Shown piece by piece: positions 25,041 through 34,524 of a DNA stretch of 52,611 nt. Origin of the DNA: Flavobacteriales bacterium (GTDB lineage Bacteria > Bacteroidota > Bacteroidia > Flavobacteriales_F > PHOS-HE28); NCBI GenBank assembly GCA_020437905.1, contig JAGQVN010000156.1, positions 1 through 52,611 on the forward strand. Reading direction: 5' to 3'. The notes under the pieces were generated by a model that was given only the letters and a program-made list of their open reading frames with translations, was not told where the DNA came from and ran no database searches. Every line of letters starts with the position of its first letter. The stretch's first letter is position 1. Position numbers and translations under genes: made by a program.

Positions 25041-26834
25041 TCAGAGCGGATAGAATACCGGGATGTGCAGAGTGGCGAGCAACCAGAACAACAGGCTCAG
25101 CGGGGCACCCACCCGGAGAAAGTCGACGGCCTTGTATTGACCGGCACTGTAGATCATGGCATTGGTCTGGTATCCGATCGGTGTCATGAAGCTTGCGCTG
25201 GCTGCAAAGGTCACCGCCATCAAAAAGGGTATCGGGCTCAGACCGATGCCCTCTGCGGTGCTGATGGCGATGGGGGCCAACAGCGCCGCAGTGGCGGTAT
25301 TGCTGATCACCTCGGTCAACGCGATGGTGATGAGGTAGGTCCCGGCAAGCAGGGCATAGGGGCCCAGGTCACCGAGCAGGGAGATATGACCCAGCGCCAA
25401 CCGCTCGGCCAGGCCACTGGATTCCATGGCCTTGCCAAGGCTCAAGGCCCCGGCCATCAGAAAGATGATCTTCCAATCGATGGCCTCATAGACCTCCTTC
25501 ATGCTCAATCCGCCCGTCAGCACGATCGCACAGGTACCGGCCAGCGTAGCCTCCATGATCCCCATGATGCCGAGGCTTGCCAGTGAAACGACCAAAGCCA
25601 GCACAGCGGCCACAAAAAGAAAGCGGCGCTTGGCAAAAATGGGCATGCCTTCCTCCGAGGTCAGGATGGCGAATGGGCTGTCGGCGGCCCGCTCAAGCTT
25701 TTTCAGGCGTTCCACGTAATGACTCCGGACCTCCGCCAGGACCACATCACCTGCTCGCAGGACCACATCCTGAAGGCGCTCGTGCACCAGTTCCTCCCGC
25801 TGTCTCACGGCGAGGGCAACAGCTCGGTACTTGCGGAGCAGATCGGCTTCACGGATGGTCAGACCTTCCAGATCGCTGTTGCTCGTGATCACCAATTCCA
25901 CCAAAGTGGTCCCGCGCGTGAGCAGATCGTCGTTGGCGACCTTGAGCCCCGGCTTGATCGCCACATGCGCCCGATCCTTCAGTGCCTTGATCCGCGCAAT
26001 GTCACATCGGACCTTCAACATATCCCCCGCTTCAAGGACCACATCACCGGCGGGCACGGTGAACTGGGTTCCACCACGCTGGATGGCGATGATATCCATC
26101 TCCAATTCCTTGACCAGATGGCTGTCCATGATGCGCTTCCCCACGGCGGGTGAGGCCGGCAGCAGCTCAAGCTCGGTCAGGTAGCCGCGCATGGCGAAAT
26201 CCTCCTGCAGGTCACCCGAGCGTTGTCCGGGGAGCAGCTTCCACCCCACGACCAACATGTAGCCTATTCCGGCCACAACGAAAACCAAGCCCATGGGGGT
26301 CAGATCGAAGATCCCGAACGGTTCAAGCCCGCGGTCGGTGGCGATCCCACTGACGACCAGATTGGTGCTGGTCCCAATGAGCGTAGTGGTACCGCCGAGG
26401 ATGGCTGCGAAGCTCAGCGGGATCAACAACTTCGCTGGTGGCAACCCTGAACTGCGCGCCGTCTGCACCACGATCGGCAGCAACACCGCCACGATCGGCG
26501 TATTGTTGAGAAATGCCGAGCAGACCGCCACCACGACCATCATCATGATCAATCCTTTATTACGATCGGCCCTGAATACGACGGCAAGCCTGGGGCCAAG
26601 CGTGGCAAGCGCACCCGTGCGCAGCAGTGCCGCGCTGAGCACGAACATGAACGCCACGGTAAGTGTGGCCGGATCGCTGAACCCGGCGACACCCTCCCGG
26701 GGCGAGATGGTACCCGAGAGCACCAACGCCACGATGACGAGCAGTGCCACCAGATCGATACTCAGCTTCTCACTGATGAACAGTGCGATGGCCAACACCA
26801 GCACGCCCAGCACGATCCACTCTGCTGGCGTCAT
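25041..26834 (-). CDS. SLC13/DASS-family anion permease with two central TrkA-C domains
   Basis: 597 aa. Inverted-repeat TM halves flank two TrkA-C-like modules (…GKRIMDSHLVKELEMDIIAIQRGG…, …GLTIREADLLRKYRAVALAVRQRE…). Confidence 0.88.
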   Translation of the reverse strand: MTPAEWIVLGVLVLAIALFISEKLSIDLVALLVIVALVLSGTISPREGVAGFSDPATLTVAFMFVLSAALLRTGALATLGPRLAVVFRADRNKGLIMMMVVVAVCSAFLNNTPIVAVLLPIVVQTARSSGLPPAKLLIPLSFAAILGGTTTLIGTSTNLVVSGIATDRGLEPFGIFDLTPMGLVFVVAGIGYMLVVGWKLLPGQRSGDLQEDFAMRGYLTELELLPASPAVGKRIMDSHLVKELEMDIIAIQRGGTQFTVPAGDVVLEAGDMLKVRCDIARIKALKDRAHVAIKPGLKVANDDLLTRGTTLVELVITSNSDLEGLTIREADLLRKYRAVALAVRQREELVHERLQDVVLRAGDVVLAEVRSHYVERLKKLERAADSPFAILTSEEGMPIFAKRRFLFVAAVLALVVSLASLGIMGIMEATLAGTCAIVLTGGLSMKEVYEAIDWKIIFLMAGALSLGKAMESSGLAERLALGHISLLGDLGPYALLAGTYLITIALTEVISNTATAALLAPIAISTAEGIGLSPIPFLMAVTFAASASFMTPIGYQTNAMIYSAGQYKAVDFLRVGAPLSLLFWLLATLHIPVFYPL

Positions 26835-26880
26835 CGGAAGGAATGATCGGACATGGTGACGGACGAAGATAGCCGGCCCG

Positions 26881-27855
26881 TCAGGCCTGCAGCAATCGGT
26901 ACCACTGCAAGGCCCGCTCCAGACCCTGCCTCAGATCATGATCGGGATCGAAGCCCAGTACCTCCCTGGCCCTTGTGATATCGGCCAAACTATCCTGCAC
27001 ATCCCCCGACCTCGGCGGTCCATGCTCCACGCCGATCGTGGCGATCGCAGGGTCCAGTTGAGCGGCTAATTCGCGTATCAAGGCGATGAGCTGGAGCAGA
27101 TCGGTGCGTTCGCCATAGGCGATGTTGAACACGGAACCGAAAGCGCGATCGTCATCGGTGGTCAATGCGCGTTCCACGGCCTGTGCAGCGTTCTTCACGT
27201 ACGTAAAGTCGCGAGTCTGTGCACCATCGCCATGGACCTTCGGCGGGCGGTGCGCGAAAAGCGCTTCAACGAAACGCGGTATGGCAGCGGCATATGGTCC
27301 CGCCGGGTCCTGGCGTTCACCGAACACATTGAAGAAGCGGAGACCGATCGTACGCAGGTCGAACAAGCGGTGGTGGAGCAGGGCATAGGCCTCGTTCATG
27401 GCCTTGGTCACGGCATAAGGCGAAAGGGGGCGGCCCTCCTCCCCTTCCCGTTTGGGAAGGCTTGCTGAATCGCCATAGACACTGGAACTGCTGGCATATA
27501 CGACCCGTTCCACACCAGCTGCACGGGCTTCCGTGAACAGCTGGAGCGTGCCGGTGAGATTGACGCTTTCGCTGGCCAATGGATCGGCGATCGATCGGGG
27601 TACACTTCCCAATGCCGCCAGATGGACCACCCGATCGATACCCTCGAGCGCTGCTCGCAAGGCCGAGGCATCCCGAATGTCCGCTTCCACAAAGGAGAAA
27701 TGTCCCCCCTCCAAGGCCTGGATATTGCTCCGATGACCGGTGGTGAGATCATCCATGCAACGCACCTTCCAACCAGATGCGATCAACCGTTCACATACAT
27801 GGCTCCCAATGAAACCCGCTCCACCTGTCACCAGGACCCGACGATCCGCGCTCAT
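26881..27855 (-). CDS. NAD-dependent sugar-nucleotide epimerase/dehydratase (extended SDR, WbpP/TviC-like)
   Basis: GGAGFIGSH Rossmann motif and the YAVTK catalytic YxxxK. Confidence 0.9.
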   Translation of the reverse strand: MSADRRVLVTGGAGFIGSHVCERLIASGWKVRCMDDLTTGHRSNIQALEGGHFSFVEADIRDASALRAALEGIDRVVHLAALGSVPRSIADPLASESVNLTGTLQLFTEARAAGVERVVYASSSSVYGDSASLPKREGEEGRPLSPYAVTKAMNEAYALLHHRLFDLRTIGLRFFNVFGERQDPAGPYAAAIPRFVEALFAHRPPKVHGDGAQTRDFTYVKNAAQAVERALTTDDDRAFGSVFNIAYGERTDLLQLIALIRELAAQLDPAIATIGVEHGPPRSGDVQDSLADITRAREVLGFDPDHDLRQGLERALQWYRLLQA

Positions 27856-28634
27856 GAATTGCCTCGATCCGTTTGGTTGCCGGCAAAGCTATTCGTGGGA
27901 GCCCCGTTGCGAGCGGTCCCCTTCACGGCCGTCCCGTATAGGACATAGTGCCAGGAGTTCGGAGTGAGGGCACAGAGGGGCACATCCAGCCGGGCCAGAA
28001 AGCCTCGTTGCCATTCGTTGCGACCGATATTGGCCAGGAGGCCGGTCGTCCTCCAGTGCAGGCGATCGAACAACGAAAAAAGCTCAAGGTCAGCTGGGAT
28101 CTCGAGGTACCGCCAGTAGGCATCCCAGGCAACGAAGCGCTTTCGCAGGTAGCGGTGCAGGCAGGTCCCTGTCAGGTTCTCGGCAAAGAACAAACGGCCA
28201 CCCGGGCGGAGGACACGATGCATCTCGGCGATCGCCCTGGCTTGCTTCTCGCGCAAGGAGAGCGCTCCGATGACGCTCTTGAACACGACCGCATCGTAGG
28301 AGGCGTCCGGTTCCTGGATATCGGTCACATCCTGTCGGGCGTAGTCGATGCGATGGGAAAGGCCGTAACGCGCGTGCATGGCCCGGGTGGTATCCGGGAA
28401 AGGCCTCAGGTCCGTGCAGGTCACCCGCAGGCCTTTCAGTGCGAACCACAGGCTGCTGCCCCCTTCTCGTTCACCGATGGCCAACACACGACCTCCTGAA
28501 GGCAAGGAGCGCTCCCAAAAAGGAAGCACGCGCGACCAAGTGCGAATATCCCATTGGATCACATCCTGCGCCAGGGCCGACCGCTCGATCGCCGGCGCAG
28601 CGCGATCCTGGTCGGGTATCATATCATTTGGCAA
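27852..28634 (-). CDS. class I SAM-dependent methyltransferase
   Basis: [10 protein letters not shown] (motif I) and [11 protein letters not shown] (post-II/III). Starts at a TTG at 28634 or an ATG at 28622. Its stop overlaps the epimerase ATG (ATGA at 27852-27855). Confidence 0.75.
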   Translation of the reverse strand: MPNDMIPDQDRAAPAIERSALAQDVIQWDIRTWSRVLPFWERSLPSGGRVLAIGEREGGSSLWFALKGLRVTCTDLRPFPDTTRAMHARYGLSHRIDYARQDVTDIQEPDASYDAVVFKSVIGALSLREKQARAIAEMHRVLRPGGRLFFAENLTGTCLHRYLRKRFVAWDAYWRYLEIPADLELFSLFDRLHWRTTGLLANIGRNEWQRGFLARLDVPLCALTPNSWHYVLYGTAVKGTARNGAPTNSFAGNQTDRGNS

Positions 28635-30168
28635 CGGCCACGGACCTTCGCTCCCGGATGACCGTGATCTTGACCTGTCCCGGATAGGTCATCTCGTTCT
28701 CGATCCGGTCGGCGATGCGCATGCTCATTTCATCCGCTTCGGCATCGGTGATCTTCTCGCTCTCCACCATGACCCGCAGCTCGCGACCGGCCTGGATCGC
28801 AAAGGCCTTGTTCACGCCATTGTAGCTCAAGGCCAGGCTTTCCAGGTCCTTGAGCCGTTGGATGTAGGCTTCCACCGCCTCCCTCCGCGCACCGGGTCTT
28901 GCCCCTGAGATCGCATCACAGGCCTGAACGATCGGGCTGAACAGGGTGGTCATCTCCACCTCGTCATGGTGTGCTCCAATGGCATTGCACACATCGGGCT
29001 TCTCACCATATTTCTCGGCCAGCTTCATGCCGAGGATGGCATGTGGCAGTTCAGGTTCCTCGTCGGGCACCTTGCCGATATCATGCAGGAGACCCGCCCG
29101 CTTGGCTGCTTTCGGATTGAGGCCCAGCTCACTGGCCATGATGGCGCACAAGTTGGCCACCTCCCGGCTGTGCTGAAGCAGGTTCTGTCCATATGAACTG
29201 CGATACTTCATCCGCCCGACCATCCGAACAAGCTCTCCATGGAGGCCATGGATACCCAGATCGATGCAGGTACGTTTTCCTGTCTCCATGATCTCATCGT
29301 CCAGATGCTTGCGCGTCTTGGCCACGATCTCCTCGATCCGAGCCGGGTGGATCCTGCCATCCTTGACCAATTGATGCAGGGATAGCCTGGCGATCTCGCG
29401 GCGCACCGGATCGAAGCAGCTCAGGATGATGGCACCAGGGGTGTCATCCACGATCACCTCCACCCCGGTGGCCTCCTCAAGCGTTCGGATGTTCCGCCCT
29501 TCCCTGCCGATGATCCGACCTTTCACATCATCATTATCGATCTGGAATACGCTCACAGAGTTCTCGATCGCATGCTCGGTCGCGACCCGCTGAATGGTTT
29601 GGATCACGATGCGTTTGGCTTCCTTGTTCGCGTTCAGCTGGGCTTCGTCCTGGATCTGCTTGATGTGCGCCATGGCAGCGGTCCGTGCCTCGTCGCGGAG
29701 CGAATCCATCAACTGGTTGCGGGCCTCCTCAGCATTCACGCCACTGAGCTTCTCCAGCATGATGACCTGCTTCTCGTGAAGCTTCTCGGTCTCTTCCGTG
29801 CGTCGCTCAAGACCGTTCATCTTCAATTCCAGTTCACCACGAAGGCGGTCCAGCTCCTTGTTCTTGTTCGCCAGCTCCTGCTGTTGACGGCTGAGCTGTT
29901 GTTCCCGCTGCTTGGCCTTTTCCTGCGACTGCCGGAGCTTGTTCTCACGATCATTGACCGTACGCTCGTGTTCTTCCTTCAGCTGCAGGAACTTCTCCTT
30001 GGCCTGGATGATCTTGTCTTTTTTGATGGCCTCTCCTTCGGCTTCCGCTTCGGACAATATACCGTCGCGTTTCTTCCTGAAAATGTTGTTCAGCACCAGG
30101 AAGACCACCCCGCCGCCGGCGATGATGCCGACCAGGAGCCCGATGCTCAATGTGATCAGTGGATCCAT
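28624..30168 (-). CDS. rny: ribonuclease Y
   Basis: N-terminal TM helix, long coiled coil, KH domain ([15 protein letters not shown]) and HD domain (LLHDIGK, GAHH). I prefer the ATG at 30168; the track uses a TTG at 30180. Confidence 0.95.
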   Translation of the reverse strand: MDPLITLSIGLLVGIIAGGGVVFLVLNNIFRKKRDGILSEAEAEGEAIKKDKIIQAKEKFLQLKEEHERTVNDRENKLRQSQEKAKQREQQLSRQQQELANKNKELDRLRGELELKMNGLERRTEETEKLHEKQVIMLEKLSGVNAEEARNQLMDSLRDEARTAAMAHIKQIQDEAQLNANKEAKRIVIQTIQRVATEHAIENSVSVFQIDNDDVKGRIIGREGRNIRTLEEATGVEVIVDDTPGAIILSCFDPVRREIARLSLHQLVKDGRIHPARIEEIVAKTRKHLDDEIMETGKRTCIDLGIHGLHGELVRMVGRMKYRSSYGQNLLQHSREVANLCAIMASELGLNPKAAKRAGLLHDIGKVPDEEPELPHAILGMKLAEKYGEKPDVCNAIGAHHDEVEMTTLFSPIVQACDAISGARPGARREAVEAYIQRLKDLESLALSYNGVNKAFAIQAGRELRVMVESEKITDAEADEMSMRIADRIENEMTYPGQVKITVIRERRSVAVAK

Positions 30169-30205
30169 GTGTTCGTTCAATTTACATGGACCTGGGACCC
30201 TTCGC

Positions 30206-30511
30206 TCAGGTCAACTCCGCCTCGGATCGTTCCCTGGTGACATCGGAGAGCATGGATTCGAGCCGGGAAAGGGCCTTGCCGACGGCTTCCTGTTCCATCG
30301 ACCCTGAGCTGTTGAGCGCACGCACGCACACCTCCAAGGCCGACATGGCCAGCAGGTCCTGTCTGTCGGTAAGGGGATAGTGCTCGCGCATGCGTGCCAT
30401 GCTTTCGTCGATCTGCGCGGCAGCCTGCCGGACGTGCTCCTCCTCACCGACGGAAATGGTCAGCGGATAGGCCCTTCCGGCGATCTCAACGCGTATCGAC
30501 TTCTCCTCCAT
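30206..30511 (-). CDS. zapA: cell division protein ZapA
   Basis: 101 aa. [26 protein letters not shown]… followed by a coiled-coil tail, in the typical position upstream of rny in Bacteroidota. Confidence 0.8.
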   Translation of the reverse strand: MEEKSIRVEIAGRAYPLTISVGEEEHVRQAAAQIDESMARMREHYPLTDRQDLLAMSALEVCVRALNSSGSMEQEAVGKALSRLESMLSDVTRERSEAELT

Positions 30512-30533
30512 GTGGATATGACCGCTGTTCGGC

Positions 30534-30824
30534 TCAGTTGTTCAACAAGGCCAGGCAACGATCGATCTCGTTCACCAATTCTTCGATCTTCAGCTTCGCA
30601 TCCAAGTCATCCTCCTCTTTTCCGGGAGCATGGCTCGATGAGCGAAGGACCTCATTCTCCTTCTCCAGCTCTGCGATCCGCACATGCAGCACTTCGATCT
30701 GCCTTTCGTGCTCCCGCTCGGAAGATCCGATCCGGGAGATCCGCTCGCGCAACTGGGCGCGGTCGGCAAGCAATTCGGAGACCCGCTGCTGTACATCTTG
30801 CAAACGCTCCACGATCTGGCTCAT
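30534..30824 (-). CDS. small coiled-coil protein (unassigned)
   Basis: MSQIVERLQDVQQRVSELLADRAQLRERI…EVLHVRIAELEKENEVL heptad pattern. The ATG at 30824 is favoured because a TATCTTTG box (30857-30864) lies inside the longer track ORF. Confidence 0.55.
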   Translation of the reverse strand: MSQIVERLQDVQQRVSELLADRAQLRERISRIGSSEREHERQIEVLHVRIAELEKENEVLRSSSHAPGKEEDDLDAKLKIEELVNEIDRCLALLNN

Positions 30825-30856
30825 AGGCTGGTCGGGATCATGTTCAGGTCCGTGGT

Positions 30857-30864
30857 CAAAGATA
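30857..30864 (-). promoter_or_regulatory. -7 promoter box (TATCTTTG) for the coiled-coil/zapA/rny gene string
   Basis: Plus-strand CAAAGATA, 33 nt upstream of the ATG at 30824. Confidence 0.4.
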
Positions 30865-30914
30865 ATCCGCCTTCCCGAGCGTACCATCAAGAAGTTTGAA
30901 CCTCAGGCTGTTGA

Positions 30915-32726
30915 ATGCCGATCCTGATGGATGACCTGCGAAAGGGCATCTCCCGGTACGTTTGTTGCCGGGCTGGCCAAATGAGGAAGGACGGGTTGAA
31001 GGGAAAGTGCGTTGATCCACCAGTGTACGGCCTAGCCTGGGTGGTGCTGTCGCTGATGCCGTCACTTGCTGAGGCTCAGCAGTTCAAGGAACCTCCACTC
31101 CCACCGTTGGCCATTCCATCGGTTCCAGCGGGCAATTTCATGGAGCTGAGGTCCAACCACTTCCATTCGGGGGTCGATCTCAAGACCAATGGGGCCACCG
31201 GGGTCCCGGTCATCGCCGTTTCGGACGGCTGGGTGAGCCGGATCAAAGTAAGCCCTTGGGGATACGGACTGGCCCTGTACATCGACCATGCCGAAGGACT
31301 GACCACCGTTTATGGCCATTTGGAGCGCTATGCCGAGGACATTGCGGAATACGTCCTGGAAGCCCAATACAAGCAACGGTCCTTTTCAGTGGACCTTGAG
31401 GTCCCAAGAGGTGAATTGCCTGTGGCACGCGGAGCGACCATCGCCTGGAGCGGGAATACCGGAGGGTCCTCCGCTCCCCACCTGCACTATGAGGTACGCC
31501 GAACTCGGGACCAACATGCCTTGGACCCAGAAGCTTATGGCCTGGACTTACCGGATTCGCAGGCACCGATCGTTCGGGGCATCCGGGTGTACCCTCGGGA
31601 CAGCGCATCCTGGGCTTCACCCTATCCCGGGAGTGCCGTCGGCTTCCCTGTCACTGGAAGCAATGGGCGATACAGCCTTAGACCTCAGGATCTTATAACA
31701 GCTTCAGGAGAGGTTGGATTTGCGGTACACACCATCGATCATTACGATGGTTCACCGAACACCTGCGGGGTTCGCAGCCTGATGCTTTTTGTGGATGAAG
31801 TGGAAGTGTTCCAAGTGCTCCTGAGCGAGGTGGACTTTGCAGAGACCCGCTATGCGAACGCCCACATGGACCATGGCTTATTCACGTCCAACAGCATGCA
31901 CTACCACCGTTGTTTCCGGCTTCCGAACGACCGTTCCAAGTTGTACCAGGGCGCTTCGGACGGTTGGTTGAAGGTGGAACCGGATCGAACGTACCGGGTG
32001 CGTGTGGTCATTAGCGACGCCAACGAGAATACCAGCACCGTGGAATGGGTCCTTCAGGGGGCTCCCGCTCGCGAAGGGATCGATCGCCGGGGAGGGGTCA
32101 CCGGAAGCCGGTTCGCATGGGACCGGGACAATCGCTTCGTTCAGCCCGGTTTCCGGTTGCACATTCCCTCGGGAGCTTTGTATGACGATGAGGCGATCCG
32201 CTTCGCCCGGCACACCACGCGAAGCCCATTCCTGAGCGAACGGTTCGAAGTACTGGACGCCACAGTTCCCCTGCATGTTGCAGCCGAGGTTTCCATCCAG
32301 GCGGATCAGGTCCCGGTGGGATTACTGAACAAGACCGTGGTCGTCCGTTCCGACGTTAAAGGCAGGAGCTCGCCTGAGGGTGGGCGTGCATCGGATGGCT
32401 GGATCACGGCTTCCACAAAAAGATTTGGCTCTTTCGCATTGCGGGTGGATACCATCCCCCCGAAGGTCATGGCGGTAAGCCTGCACAGCGACATGCGCGG
32501 CCGGTCCGGGTTCACGTTCCGCGTTTCCGATGAACTGAGCGGGCTGGATGAGTGGGAGGCCACGCTCGATGGACAATGGATAGTGCTGGTCTACGATCCG
32601 CGCACGAAGACACTCTCCCATCGGTTCGACCGGTTCTCTGAAGGAAAGGGGGAGAGAAGGCTGGTACTCGAGGTCCGGGACGAACGCGGGAACACGACAC
32701 GCGTGGAACGGACCTTCCTGCGCTGA
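30915..32726 (+). CDS. M23-family metallopeptidase with large C-terminal extension
   Basis: HFHSGVDLKT, GLTTVYGHLE and SGNTGGSSAPHLHYEVR are the HxxxD / HxH zinc-site blocks of LytM/M23. About 400 further residues are unassigned. Confidence 0.85.
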   Translation: MPILMDDLRKGISRYVCCRAGQMRKDGLKGKCVDPPVYGLAWVVLSLMPSLAEAQQFKEPPLPPLAIPSVPAGNFMELRSNHFHSGVDLKTNGATGVPVIAVSDGWVSRIKVSPWGYGLALYIDHAEGLTTVYGHLERYAEDIAEYVLEAQYKQRSFSVDLEVPRGELPVARGATIAWSGNTGGSSAPHLHYEVRRTRDQHALDPEAYGLDLPDSQAPIVRGIRVYPRDSASWASPYPGSAVGFPVTGSNGRYSLRPQDLITASGEVGFAVHTIDHYDGSPNTCGVRSLMLFVDEVEVFQVLLSEVDFAETRYANAHMDHGLFTSNSMHYHRCFRLPNDRSKLYQGASDGWLKVEPDRTYRVRVVISDANENTSTVEWVLQGAPAREGIDRRGGVTGSRFAWDRDNRFVQPGFRLHIPSGALYDDEAIRFARHTTRSPFLSERFEVLDATVPLHVAAEVSIQADQVPVGLLNKTVVVRSDVKGRSSPEGGRASDGWITASTKRFGSFALRVDTIPPKVMAVSLHSDMRGRSGFTFRVSDELSGLDEWEATLDGQWIVLVYDPRTKTLSHRFDRFSEGKGERRLVLEVRDERGNTTRVERTFLR

Positions 32727-32733
32727 GGTCAGC

Positions 32734-33807
32734 TTATCTGGCCACGACCAAGCGCTCCGTCCAGCGGTGACCGTCCCTTTCCATGGCCAGCATGTACACG
32801 CCATCCGGTACGTTGGACAGGTCCAGTTCCGTGCGATCCGTCAACGGGGTCCATGATCCCAACAGGCGCCCCAAGGGATCGAACAGGCGAAGTTCCGCAC
32901 CCCTCAGATCCGCCGCGCGCACGACGACCCGCTCCGATGCCGGGTTCGGGAATACCGAGAAACCACCGACCTCGTTCGCCGTTACAGCTGTCGAGATATT
33001 CTCCAAGTCATACTGGAAGCGCACAAGCACAGGAATACCTCCGATCGTATTCACCTGAAGTACAGGAAATTTCCTTCCCTGGGCCAGCCAACGGTACTCG
33101 ATGGTCTGAGGCTCGGGCAGGGAGAACCCGAAGTTGAACTGATCGATGTAGATGCTGTCCGTCCGCTCGATCTCCGAACGCACCCGAAGCACTTCCAAGG
33201 TATCGGTGGGCAAATAGATCGTTCCCCAACCGTCCACCTCGTTCCTGCGTTCCTGTTCCTGGCGGAAACTGAACAGGAGGGGAATGTCGATATCCCAATT
33301 GCTCAACGAAGTATCCACATTCCCGAACTCCAAAGGGAAGCGATGGATGTAGTCCACCGGTATCCGTCGTACCGAGCTGGGCAGACCGTTGATCGTCGCA
33401 CCGAAGCCCACATTGCGCAGACCGCTGCCGCCCACCTTGAAGTAGTCGTACACGTTGGTGAGCTGCAACTGCTGGAAGCCGAATTCGAGCCCTTTCACCG
33501 CGTAGTCGGCATCGTGCTGTGGATACAGGATCGGATTATTGAAGAAGAACTGGTACAAGAACGGCGTTGAACCAACGGTCACCAGCGTATCGGCTCCTTC
33601 GAACAAAGGTCCAAGGTCGCTGAAGTCCCAGACATGGTTCGGGCCGGTATCGCCCCCGTCGAACTGCAGCAACAGACCGTTCCAATACCGTAGCGTATCG
33701 CCAGCATCGGCCATATCCGCCTCATCGATCACGATCTGGGCCTGTGCCATCGGTGCGGTGCACAGGACCATCCCTGCCAATAGATACCCGAGCCCTTCTT
33801 TTCCCAT
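32734..33807 (-). CDS. secreted protein with T9SS type A C-terminal sorting domain
   Basis: Signal peptide (…LCTAPMAQAQ). The C-terminal ~75 aa, FSVFPNPASERVVVRA…LDLSNVPDGVYMLAMERDGHRWTERLVVAR, match the Por/T9SS CTD pattern. Confidence 0.8.
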   Translation of the reverse strand: MGKEGLGYLLAGMVLCTAPMAQAQIVIDEADMADAGDTLRYWNGLLLQFDGGDTGPNHVWDFSDLGPLFEGADTLVTVGSTPFLYQFFFNNPILYPQHDADYAVKGLEFGFQQLQLTNVYDYFKVGGSGLRNVGFGATINGLPSSVRRIPVDYIHRFPLEFGNVDTSLSNWDIDIPLLFSFRQEQERRNEVDGWGTIYLPTDTLEVLRVRSEIERTDSIYIDQFNFGFSLPEPQTIEYRWLAQGRKFPVLQVNTIGGIPVLVRFQYDLENISTAVTANEVGGFSVFPNPASERVVVRAADLRGAELRLFDPLGRLLGSWTPLTDRTELDLSNVPDGVYMLAMERDGHRWTERLVVAR

Positions 33808-33812
33808 GTCCG

Positions 33813-33820
33813 CAAAACTA
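33813..33820 (-). promoter_or_regulatory. -7 promoter box (TAGTTTTG) 6 nt from the T9SS-cargo ATG
   Basis: Plus-strand CAAAACTA. The ATG is at 33807, implying a leaderless or near-leaderless mRNA if that start is correct. Confidence 0.35.
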
Positions 33821-33894
33821 GACCAATGGGCCAGCCTTGGCAATGGCACCGGATCTGCACGGTCGGCGGCGAACCCGGGTCCTACCTTTACGCC

Positions 33895-34521
33895 ATGCCA
33901 ATTCGACCGATGCTCTTCGCACTGACCTTCATGGGTCCCATGCTTGTACTCGGACAGGGGGACCGGGAGTTGGTCCAGTTCAGCGGCGTAGTGGTTACCG
34001 GAGACAGTCTGCTTCCAGTGCCCTTCACCAACATCCTGGTGAAGAATACATACAGGGGCACCATGAGCGATGTCTACGGCTATTTTTCCTTCGTTGCCCA
34101 GGAAGGGGACACGATCCTGTTCTCAGCTGTAGGTTTCGAACGCTCCCAGTTCGTGATACCGCTCGATCTGGACGAGAACAAGTATTCGATGATCCACCAG
34201 ATGAACCGGGACACGGTGCTCTTGAATACGGTGAACGTTTTCCCCTGGCCAAGCAAGGAACAGTTCAGGCAGGCATTCCTGGACCTCAGGCTGCCGGCCG
34301 ATGACTACCAGTTGGCCATGAAGAACCTTTCCCCCGCGGAAATGCTTCAGCGCATGGAGAACCTTCCGCCGGACGCCTACCAAAGCTTCCGCTATCAGAT
34401 GCAATTGGACCAGACGCGTCTTTACAGCCAAGGTGGCTATCCATCGATCAACCTGTTCAATCCGATCGCCTGGGCACAGTTCATCCAGGCGTGGAGGAAC
34501 GGCGAATACAAGAAGAAGTAG
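33895..34521 (+). CDS. CarboxypepD_reg-like domain protein (secreted)
   Basis: Signal peptide, then VQFSGVVVTGDSLLPVPFTNILVKNTYRGTMSDVYGYFSFVAQEGDTILFSAVGF, the carboxypeptidase-regulatory beta-sandwich pattern. ATG at 33895. Confidence 0.7.
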   Translation: MPIRPMLFALTFMGPMLVLGQGDRELVQFSGVVVTGDSLLPVPFTNILVKNTYRGTMSDVYGYFSFVAQEGDTILFSAVGFERSQFVIPLDLDENKYSMIHQMNRDTVLLNTVNVFPWPSKEQFRQAFLDLRLPADDYQLAMKNLSPAEMLQRMENLPPDAYQSFRYQMQLDQTRLYSQGGYPSINLFNPIAWAQFIQAWRNGEYKKK

Positions 34522-34524
34522 CGC

